64,000 bases of DNA. Origin: an uncultured Thermoleophilia bacterium (GTDB lineage: Bacteria; Actinomycetota; Thermoleophilia; UBA2241). Where the stretch lies: the NCBI GenBank assembly GCA_963715985.1, contig CAVQSP010000017.1:192001-256000 (forward strand), in the 5' to 3' direction. Under the pieces are notes generated by a model. The model saw only the letters and a list, made by a program, of their open reading frames with translations. It had not been told where the DNA came from and searched no databases. The position numbers and the translations under genes are program-made. Positions 56,570 through 64,000 of the stretch are shown here, piece by piece. Each line of letters starts with the position of its first letter. The first letter of the stretch is position 1.

Positions 56570-58393
56570 CTACTCGCTGACCTCGCGCCTGGGTCGCCGC
56601 AGCAGCAGCACGACCACCGCGATCACGACGACCGCCGCGATCACGATGCCGACGATGAGCGCGGTGTTCGACGAGCCGGTGTCGCTGGTCTCCGTCGTGG
56701 CGGTCTTCGGCTGCACCTGCACATAGGTGTCGATGTTGTCGTTCTGCAGCACGACCAGGCCTTCCTCGCCCGGGTAGGGGACCCAGCCCTCCCACTTGGC
56801 GGTGTTGTAAGCGGTCAGGTACTTCGGGTAGTAGAGCACCGCATAGTGCGCGTTGTCGTAGAACACCTGCTGCATGCGCTGGACCTGCTGTTCGCGCGCC
56901 GCCGGGTCCATCTCGGCGTCCTGCTGGTCGTAGAGTCTGTCGTATTCCGCGTTGGACCAGCAGGCGTCGTTCCACATCTCGATCTGCGAGGTGATGAAGG
57001 ACCCGAGCTGGTAGCCCGGATCGGCGGTGCCGCCCCAGCCCCAGATGAACATGTCGTAGTTCGGAGCGTAGGTGTCGCCCTTGTAGGTGTAGATGCCGTC
57101 GTTGAGCGTGCCGTCGTTCTCGACGCTGAGGATGATCTTCAGGCCGAGCTCTTCGAACGACCCCGCGATCAGCTTGCCGGCGCGCTGCTGCTCTGGCGAC
57201 TCACTCCGCGTCCAGAGTCGCAGCTCGATCGGTTTGCCCTGCTTGTCTTCCCTGATGCCGTCCCCGTCCGAGTCGGTGTAGCCAGCCTCGTCGAGCAGCT
57301 GGGCGGCCTTTGCCATGTCGTAGCCGAACGTCTCCTCGGGCGGAGGCGTCCAGGCGTAGTCGGTGAACGGCCCGATGATCGACTGGCCGACCTCTCCGTA
57401 GCCGTTGAGGGCCGTGTCGACGATCTTCTGCTTGTCGACCGCCCAGCTGATCGCCTGGCGGAACTTGAGGTCGCGCAGTACGGGGTTCGCCTGCGAGTCG
57501 TCGCTGTCGTAGACGTTCATGGCCAGCTCGACGAAGTAGCGGAAGAGGGCGGCTTTCGCCGTGATGCCGGGCTCGCTCTTCAGGGCGTTGAACTGTGCCG
57601 CGGGCAGCTGCACCGCGACGTCGAGAGCGCCGCTCTTGAGGTCCATCGCCATGGTGTCCTGGTTGGTGTAGATCTGGAGGATCACCTCGTCGACCTTGGG
57701 GGCGCCCATCCAGTAGTCCTTGTTGGCGGCGAAGCGGACGTACGAGCCCTTCTTGACCTCGATCGTCTGGAAGGGGCCGGAGCCGATGACCGGCGGCTTG
57801 GAGTTGTAGGTGGCTGCCTTGTCGCCCGGGATCTTGCTCCAGATGTGCTCCGGGACGATAGGGATCCACAGGCGCAGCATGGTGGCCTTCGGCTTCGTGA
57901 GGTGGAACTCGACCGTGGCGTCGTCAATGGCCACGGCCTCCTTGATGTTCTGCGTGCTGCTCGTGTAGGCCGAGAGCTCGTTGTCGATGATGTAGTTGTA
58001 GGTGAAGGCGACGTCCGCGGCGGTCACGGGCTCGCCGTCCTGCCACTTCATGCCGGGATGGATCTTGAACGTCCAGGTCAGACCGTCGGGCGACGTCTCC
58101 CAGCTGTCGGCGATCTCCGGCCGCACGCTGCCGTCGGGCGCGTAGCCGGTCAGCATGTCGTAGTTCAGGTGGAACATCTCGTAGGCCGCGACGGTGACGC
58201 CGGCGAACGGGTTGAGGCTGTCGATGTCCTGCAGGGTGCCGACGCGCAGCACCACCTTCTCCGCTCCGGGCGAAGGCGAGGAGGATGCCGTCGCGGCTGT
58301 GGCGATCCCCCATGCCAGTCCGCAGGTCGCCAGGGTCGCCAGCGCGAACGCCGCGAGCCTGGCCGGAGTGAGACGACGTGAGCGAGTGTGCAT
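56570..58393 (-). CDS. ABC transporter substrate-binding protein family 5 (Opp/Dpp-like) with C-terminal TM anchor
   Basis: Signal peptide; DGLTWTFKI..GMKWQDGEPVTAADV and IGSGPF; C-terminal hydrophobic helix plus RRPRR. Confidence 0.92.
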   Translation of the reverse strand: MHTRSRRLTPARLAAFALATLATCGLAWGIATAATASSSPSPGAEKVVLRVGTLQDIDSLNPFAGVTVAAYEMFHLNYDMLTGYAPDGSVRPEIADSWETSPDGLTWTFKIHPGMKWQDGEPVTAADVAFTYNYIIDNELSAYTSSTQNIKEAVAIDDATVEFHLTKPKATMLRLWIPIVPEHIWSKIPGDKAATYNSKPPVIGSGPFQTIEVKKGSYVRFAANKDYWMGAPKVDEVILQIYTNQDTMAMDLKSGALDVAVQLPAAQFNALKSEPGITAKAALFRYFVELAMNVYDSDDSQANPVLRDLKFRQAISWAVDKQKIVDTALNGYGEVGQSIIGPFTDYAWTPPPEETFGYDMAKAAQLLDEAGYTDSDGDGIREDKQGKPIELRLWTRSESPEQQRAGKLIAGSFEELGLKIILSVENDGTLNDGIYTYKGDTYAPNYDMFIWGWGGTADPGYQLGSFITSQIEMWNDACWSNAEYDRLYDQQDAEMDPAAREQQVQRMQQVFYDNAHYAVLYYPKYLTAYNTAKWEGWVPYPGEEGLVVLQNDNIDTYVQVQPKTATTETSDTGSSNTALIVGIVIAAVVVIAVVVLLLRRPRREVSE

Positions 58394-58618
58394 GTCCGGT
58401 ACCCCCTGACCGTTGTGCTTGCGGCGAATCCCCCGAGCCACCGCTGTTCATGCCAAGAATACGCCAATCTCGTGGGTGGATGTGCGGCAGTCGGCTCATC
58501 GGCCGGCGTCCGGTGGGCGTTGCGGGGTGCGGAGCCTGCGGATAGAGTGCGGGGGGCCGCGGCGCCGGAGGCGATCGCGGCCCCCCGCCGTCCGCACGTC
58601 GATCCGCCGGAGGTACCC

Positions 58619-60346
58619 GTGAGCGGCCGCCCATCAGCTACGTCGCCGGGCACTTCCGGTACCGAGCCCGGCGGTCGGCCGCCGGCCCAACGTACTGTGT
58701 CCGCGGCGGAGCCGCTCGTCCAGGCGCTTCTGGACGACCTCGTCGAAGACGACCCGGTGCTGGCCAGCGGCCTCGGCCTGACCGCCGGCGCCGACAGGCT
58801 GCCGTCGTGGTCCGCGGACGCGGTGGCCCGGCGGCTGCGCATGGCAGACGACCACGCGGAGCGCCTGGCGCCGCTCGTGGCCTCGCCGGACCCCGTCACC
58901 GCCGTCGACGCCTTCATCGGCCTGCAGATCACACGCCGCCTGCGGCGCTCCTTCGCGCTGCGCGAGGTGCACCGCACCCAGCCCGGCGCCTATCTCGACG
59001 TCCTCTTCGGCGTGTTCCCCCTTCTGCTGCGCGAGCTGGGCACCCCTCACGAGCGCGTGGACGCGCTCGCGGGCCGGCTGAACGCCGCGCCCCGGCTCCT
59101 CGAGGAGGCGCGCGCCAACCTTGGCCACGAATTGCCCGCCGTCGCGCTGGAGGTGGGCGTGGACCAGGCGGAGGCCCTCCTTGAGCTCGTGGGGACCACC
59201 GTGAGGGACTTCGCCCGCGAGGCCGGCCGCGAGGGCGCGCTCGACGAGCCCTCGCGTACCGCCGGCGAGGCGGTGGCCGCCTTCCGCGATCATCTCCGCG
59301 ACGAGTTGCTCCCGCGGGCCACTACGCTGGGCGGCGCCGGCCGCGACGTGCTCGAGGACACCCTGCGCTGGGAGCACGTGCTCGACGAGCGCCCCGAGGA
59401 CCTCGCCGCCTACGGCCGCGAGGTCCTCGCCGAGTCGCAGGCGAGGATGCGCGACCTGGCGCGGGAGCTGGGCCACGACGACGTGTCGGCCGCCGTCGCC
59501 GAGATCTGCTTACGCCACCCGGCCGCGCCGGACATCGTGGCCGCCTACGGCGACGCTGTGCGCGGCGCCCGGCAGTTCGTGGCGGATCATGGCATCGTGT
59601 CGCTGCCCGAGGGAGAGGAGCTCGAGGTCGTCGCCACGCCGCCGTTCCTCCGCCGCCTTCTGCCGTTCGCCGCCTACGAGCCCCCGGGGCCGTATGACGC
59701 GCGGCAGCTCGGCTACTACTACGTCACGCCGCCGCGCGACGGATTGGCGCCGGCAGAGCTGGAGGAGGCTCTGCGCAACCACCCGTTCGCCTCCATGCCC
59801 ACAACCGGCGTGCACGAGGCCTACCCCGGACACCACCTGCAGATCGTCAGCGCCAACCACGCGCCCACGCTGGCGCGCCGCATCGCCTACCTTCCGATGG
59901 GCGGCGACATCCTCGTGGAAGGCTGGGCCTTCTACTGCGAGGAGCTCATGGAGCGCGAAGGGTATCTCGCCGACCCCGCGGTGCGGCTGATGCGCCTCAA
60001 CGACCAGGCCTGGCGTGCGTGCCGGGTCGTGATCGACGTCGAGTTCCACCTCGGGGCCATGGATCTCGCCGCGGCCGCGGACCTGCTCGAGGAGGCCGCG
60101 CACATGAACCGCTACGAGGCCGAGCTCGAGTGCCGCAGGTATGCGGTGGAGCCGGGCCAGGCGATGAGCTACCTGCTTGGGCGCCGCGAGGTGCAGCGTC
60201 TCGCCGACGCGTATCTCGCCTCCGGCACCGCGTCTCTGAGGGAGTTCCACGACGCGCTGCTGAGTTGGGGCTCGGTGGCGCCGGCGGTCATCGCCTGGGG
60301 TATGGGGCTGGCGCCCGCCCCGCCGGCCGCCGCCGCGCTCAGCTAG
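58619..60346 (+). CDS. DUF885 family protein (putative metallopeptidase)
   Basis: HEAYPGHHLQ, EGWAFYCE, RACRVVID, PGQAMSY and FHD; GGAGG upstream of GTG 58619. Confidence 0.9.
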   Translation: MSGRPSATSPGTSGTEPGGRPPAQRTVSAAEPLVQALLDDLVEDDPVLASGLGLTAGADRLPSWSADAVARRLRMADDHAERLAPLVASPDPVTAVDAFIGLQITRRLRRSFALREVHRTQPGAYLDVLFGVFPLLLRELGTPHERVDALAGRLNAAPRLLEEARANLGHELPAVALEVGVDQAEALLELVGTTVRDFAREAGREGALDEPSRTAGEAVAAFRDHLRDELLPRATTLGGAGRDVLEDTLRWEHVLDERPEDLAAYGREVLAESQARMRDLARELGHDDVSAAVAEICLRHPAAPDIVAAYGDAVRGARQFVADHGIVSLPEGEELEVVATPPFLRRLLPFAAYEPPGPYDARQLGYYYVTPPRDGLAPAELEEALRNHPFASMPTTGVHEAYPGHHLQIVSANHAPTLARRIAYLPMGGDILVEGWAFYCEELMEREGYLADPAVRLMRLNDQAWRACRVVIDVEFHLGAMDLAAAADLLEEAAHMNRYEAELECRRYAVEPGQAMSYLLGRREVQRLADAYLASGTASLREFHDALLSWGSVAPAVIAWGMGLAPAPPAAAALS

Positions 60347-60363
60347 CGGCGCGCGTCCGCCGG

Positions 60364-61779
60364 TCAGTTCCTGACGCGCTCGCGCTTCTCGGCGCCGTGC
60401 AGCACCACGCGGTCGCGGCCGGCGGCCTTGGCGCTGTACAGCGCCTGGTCTGACAGCTCCATGAGGGTGTCCAGGTCGGTGGCGTCACGCGGGCAGGTGG
60501 CCACGCCGACGCTGATGGTGATGTTGACGTCGGCGGGCAGACCCAGCCCGGTGTATCGCGTGCCGCTCAGCGTGCGCCGCACGCGCTCGGCCACGTAGTA
60601 GGCGTTCTCGCCGGGCGTGCTGGGCAGGAGCACCGCGAACTCCTCGCCGCCGTGCCGCGCGCAGATGTCGCTGGTGCGCAGCGCGTCCTGCATGGCCTGC
60701 GCCACGGTCTGCAGCACGCGGTCGCCGGTGGCGTGACCGTAGGTGTCGTTGAAGACCTTGAAGTGGTCGATGTCCACCATCAGGACGCTCAGCGGCGCCT
60801 GGTGGCGCAGGCTTCTATCGATCTCCTCCGCCGCGCGGTTCATGAAGTAGCGCCGGTTGTAGAGCCGCGTCAGGTGGTCGGTGACCACCTGGCGGCGGAT
60901 GGCGTCGTACTTGTGGGCGTTGGTCAAGGCGCTCTGGATGTGGTTGCGAAGGGCGTCGAGGATGTCGTCCGAGAGCAGGGAGACGTACTCGCCGCTCGTG
61001 GAGGCCGCCAGCATGGCCATGTCGCCGACGTTCTCCACGCGCACCGGGATCACGACCTGCCCGCGCATGGTGGGCGGGAAGAGCGTGCAGGTGTGCCCGG
61101 TGGTGCGCACCAGCTGGCCCCCTGCGATGGCTTGGCGCACCGGGCAGTCCGGCGTGAAGGCGCAGCACTCCGCCGAGAGGCCGGGGGACAGCACGCCCTG
61201 GGCGCCCTCCAGGGAGAAAGCGCGCGCGTCGCCGTCCAGCTGCAGCAGGGCCGCGAAGTCGGCGTGCAGGAATGCGCGCGAGCGCGAAAGCACGCGCTCC
61301 ACCGTCTCGCGGTACGGCAGCGCCGCGTTCATCTCCTTGCCCAGCTCACCGACGTCCATGAGCTGGCGGTTGAGGGCCTGCACGCGTTCGAGATCCGCCT
61401 TGAGGCTCTGTGACACCCACTCCTTGTCCTCCGCCGCCGTGAACACGGCGATGAGCGTGCCGACCAGGTGCCCCATCTCGCGGATCTCGTCGCGGTAGAA
61501 GGGGTCATTGCGCTCGTAGGTGCCGCCGAGACGCGTGCGTGACCGGTGGATGAGGCTGTTGAGCGGCCGGTACACCCAGATGTCGAACACGAGGACGATG
61601 AGGATGAAGACCGCGAGGAGGGCCACCGCAAGCTGCCAGGCGGGGCCGGCGTGGAACCAGCGCGTGGCCACCACGAAGAACACCCCGAGCGTCACGGCCA
61701 GCACCGCGACCGTCTTCAGTTCGAGGCTGACTCCACGGGCGTAGCCGAGGCCCTCGCCCCGGCGTCGTTCAGGGGTCAT
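60364..61779 (-). CDS. Membrane-anchored diguanylate cyclase with GAF-like domain
   Basis: Two TM helices; TDHLTRLYNRR, DIDHFK.FND.YGH, RTSD I-site and GGEEF. Confidence 0.93.
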   Translation of the reverse strand: MTPERRRGEGLGYARGVSLELKTVAVLAVTLGVFFVVATRWFHAGPAWQLAVALLAVFILIVLVFDIWVYRPLNSLIHRSRTRLGGTYERNDPFYRDEIREMGHLVGTLIAVFTAAEDKEWVSQSLKADLERVQALNRQLMDVGELGKEMNAALPYRETVERVLSRSRAFLHADFAALLQLDGDARAFSLEGAQGVLSPGLSAECCAFTPDCPVRQAIAGGQLVRTTGHTCTLFPPTMRGQVVIPVRVENVGDMAMLAASTSGEYVSLLSDDILDALRNHIQSALTNAHKYDAIRRQVVTDHLTRLYNRRYFMNRAAEEIDRSLRHQAPLSVLMVDIDHFKVFNDTYGHATGDRVLQTVAQAMQDALRTSDICARHGGEEFAVLLPSTPGENAYYVAERVRRTLSGTRYTGLGLPADVNITISVGVATCPRDATDLDTLMELSDQALYSAKAAGRDRVVLHGAEKRERVRN

Positions 61780-61889
61780 GTCGGACGTAGCGCGCCTCTC
61801 GTGCGATTGCGGTCACTCGGGGTATCGGCAGAAGGTCGGCTTCCATGATAGGTGCCGCCCGGGCCGGCGAGGACGGCCCGCCGTTCGTG

Positions 61890-62090
61890 TCAGATCCGGC
61901 CGAGGATGCGGCGGTCGTGCGTGGGACGAGGGCACGTCCGCCGTTCTTCGATGCGACGCTCGCGCACGTAGTAGGCGCACACCGCGCAGTAGGTGCTGCA
62001 GGTGAGACGCGTGTCCACCTCGGCGACGCAGATCATCGGCTGGAATGTGATGCGCGGGTCCTTCATGGGGCTCCACGACGTGTTCGGCAT
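61890..62090 (-). CDS. Small Cys-rich, Arg-rich hypothetical protein (start 62066, 62090 or 62111)
   Basis: Strong GC3 bias; C-x9-CxxxCxxC then ERRIEERRTCPRPTHDRR; co-oriented with flanking genes. Confidence 0.65.
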   Translation of the reverse strand: MPNTSWSPMKDPRITFQPMICVAEVDTRLTCSTYCAVCAYYVRERRIEERRTCPRPTHDRRILGRI

Positions 62091-62136
62091 CCGCACGCGT
62101 GCTTCCTTCACGCCGGCGCCCCCCGCCGGCCTCTTG

Positions 62137-62505
62137 TCAGCCCTGGAGATAGCTCGCCACCACCGTGAGCACCTGGGCGATGCGGAACGGCTTCGTGATG
62201 TACCCGTCGATGCCCACGTCGGTGGCGCGCTCCATGTCGGTGGCCATGGCTTTGGCCGAGAGCCCGACGATGGTGATGTCCTGGGTGGAGGGGTCGGCCT
62301 TGAGCTCGGTGACGGCTTCGTAGCCGCTGACCACCGGCATCATCATGTCCATCAGCACGAGGTCGGGGTGATGCTCGCGAGAGAGGTCTACCGCCTCTCG
62401 CCCGTTGGTGGCCTTGTAGACAGTGTACCCCTGCGTCTCGAGCGACATGGAGACGATGCTCAGGATGTCGGGATCGTCGTCTGCGACCAGGATGGCCTTG
62501 GCCAC
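62137..62505 (-). CDS. Single-domain response regulator (receiver)
   Basis: ILVADDD, LMDMMMP..SG, LSA and YITKPF; GAGGAGG RBS. Confidence 0.93.
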   Translation of the reverse strand: MAKAILVADDDPDILSIVSMSLETQGYTVYKATNGREAVDLSREHHPDLVLMDMMMPVVSGYEAVTELKADPSTQDITIVGLSAKAMATDMERATDVGIDGYITKPFRIAQVLTVVASYLQG

Positions 62506-62518
62506 GTCGTGTACCTCC

Positions 62519-64000
62519 TCAGCTGATCTTGCCGGCGGCAAGCGGGTCGGTCGGCTTCGTTGATATCGGCATCGTGAAGATAAAGCTGGAGCCTTTGCCC
62601 AGCTTGCTCTGCAGACGGATAGAGCCGCCGTGAAGCTCGACGAGCTCCCTGACGATGGCCAGGCCGAGGCCGGTGCCGCCCTGCGAGCGGCTCGCCGACG
62701 AGTCGATCTGCGTGAACCGCTGGAACACCTTGTCCTGGTCCTCTTTGGCGATCCCCATGCCGGTGTCGTTGATCCAGATCTCCACCATGCCGTCCACGGT
62801 GCGCGCCTCGACGCTCACGCTGCCGTTCTCGTGGGTGTACTTGATGCCGTTGGTGAGGAGGTTGAGGAGGATCTGGTTGAACTTGGCCGGGTCGGCGAGG
62901 ATCAGCGGGAGATCGGTGGGGAGGAAGGTGGAGATGCGGATGTGCTTGTCCTGGGCGCGCGGCTTGACCACCGGCAGCACGCCGAGCAGGGCCGCGCGCA
63001 GGTCCACGGACTCGCGGTTGAGCTCGAGGCGCCCGGACTCGATCTTGGTCAGATCGAGGATGTCGTTGATGAGCCCCAGCAGCGCTTCGCCGCCCTTGAG
63101 GATGCTGTCGACGAAGGCCGACTGCTTCTCGTTGAGCTCGCCGGTCATGCCGCTGAGCAGCATGTCGCTGTAGCCGATGATGGAGGTGAGTGGGGTGCGC
63201 AGCTCGTGGCTCATGGTGGCCATGAAGTCGCTCTTGAGCTCGTCCAGATGGGTCAGCTCGCGGTTCTTGCGCGCCAGCTCTTCGTTGTACTGGATGTTGC
63301 GCACCACCAGCGCCACCTGGTCGCTGAGCGCGCGGAGCGTGGCCACCGCGGGCTCACCGACGTCCTCGCCGGCGCGGTACAGCAGGCACATCGTGCCGAG
63401 CTGCTCGCTCTTGGCCTCCAGCGGGGCGCTGAGGAAGCCGTGGAAGCCCTCCTTCTCCAAGGCCTTGAGCAGGCGGCCCATGGTGGCGTCGGTGACGGTC
63501 TCGTGCTGGGCGGCACCGGCGCTCGCCACCTCGGCGATGCCGAGCTCGCGCAGCTTGCGCACGAGGGCCTCGTCCACCGGGCCGTGCACCGCCTTGATGT
63601 CGTGCTCTCCGGTGTTGTGATGGAGCACGAGGGCGAACCCCGCGCTCGTGCCGGTGGCGCCCATCACCTGCCGCAGCGCGTCGGGCATGAGCTCGTCGAC
63701 CTCCTGGTGACGCAGGAACACGCGGCTGCTCTCGCTCATCACGCGCAGCTGCTCGTTGGTGGCCCTCATGCGACGCAGTTGGGCGTCCGTGTCGGCCTTG
63801 GCGTGGCTCAGCTGGACGGTGCTCTTGACCAGGGCGTTGGCCAGGCGCCCCGCGAGGAGCGCGACAAGGAGAAAGGCGGCCACATGCAGGCACACCGTCA
63901 TGAGCATCCAGTTGGGGGGTGTGTCGATCTCGGCCACCATGGCTGTGGTATGCAAGATGTCGAAGTGCTGCAGCACCCAGATGCCGGCATAGGCGCCGCC
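62519..64000 (-). CDS. Membrane sensor histidine kinase (TM-GAF-HisKA-HATPase), 5' end outside the window
   Basis: MSHELRTPL, NLLTNGIKY, DTGMGI and GGTGLGL. Confidence 0.95.
   Translation of the reverse strand, partial: GGAYAGIWVLQHFDILHTTAMVAEIDTPPNWMLMTVCLHVAAFLLVALLAGRLANALVKSTVQLSHAKADTDAQLRRMRATNEQLRVMSESSRVFLRHQEVDELMPDALRQVMGATGTSAGFALVLHHNTGEHDIKAVHGPVDEALVRKLRELGIAEVASAGAAQHETVTDATMGRLLKALEKEGFHGFLSAPLEAKSEQLGTMCLLYRAGEDVGEPAVATLRALSDQVALVVRNIQYNEELARKNRELTHLDELKSDFMATMSHELRTPLTSIIGYSDMLLSGMTGELNEKQSAFVDSILKGGEALLGLINDILDLTKIESGRLELNRESVDLRAALLGVLPVVKPRAQDKHIRISTFLPTDLPLILADPAKFNQILLNLLTNGIKYTHENGSVSVEARTVDGMVEIWINDTGMGIAKEDQDKVFQRFTQIDSSASRSQGGTGLGLAIVRELVELHGGSIRLQSKLGKGSSFIFTMPISTKPTDPLAAGKIS

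Noticed and set aside
61975-62000. Radical SAM enzyme call from CxxxCxxC
   Set aside because: The protein is far too short for a radical-SAM barrel; kept only as a possible metal-binding motif
1-64000. CRISPR arrays, tRNA/rRNA, transposases, integrases, phage or known defence genes
   Set aside because: No spaced repeat arrays, RNA-gene signatures or characteristic motifs seen

Overview
This is a high-GC (about 70%), gene-dense chromosomal segment. Gene content and style suggest an actinobacterium, possibly Thermoleophilia-like (inference). I found about 57 CDS and no rRNA, tRNA, CRISPR array or recognisable mobile element. The most notable block is 1-15.9 kb. It encodes two Cys-type arylsulfatases, two MIP/aquaporin copies, DUF1269 and DUF6325 glycine-zipper proteins, a SHOCT protein, a kinase-like DUF2252 protein, a YfeO-like ClC transporter, an atypical P-type ATPase (TM4 IPTALP) and a TetR regulator. 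Three of its transcription units share a GTYACC-N4-GGTMA(C/T) box about 80 bp upstream of the start codon, suggesting an undescribed co-regulated system. Related genes recur at 38-43 kb (two DUF1269, HdeD, a YqhA/PsiE chimera, a K+ channel), some behind SigB/SigF-like promoters. Other content: thrC, PadR, a PHP-GT4 fusion, a HAD/AIR-synthase fusion, a C1A protease, an acyl-CoA dehydratase activase followed by a HisD homolog, pirin and MarR sharing an operator motif, a duplicated MBOAT/SGNH O-acylation locus, TauE/DUF1634, an orphan ABC substrate-binding protein, DUF885, and a histidine kinase-receiver-small Cys protein-diguanylate cyclase cluster. Many 1-2 nt frameshifts and a scrambled aquaporin duplication point to long-read or consensus errors in parts of the window. 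All calls are from motif recognition by eye; no database searches were run.
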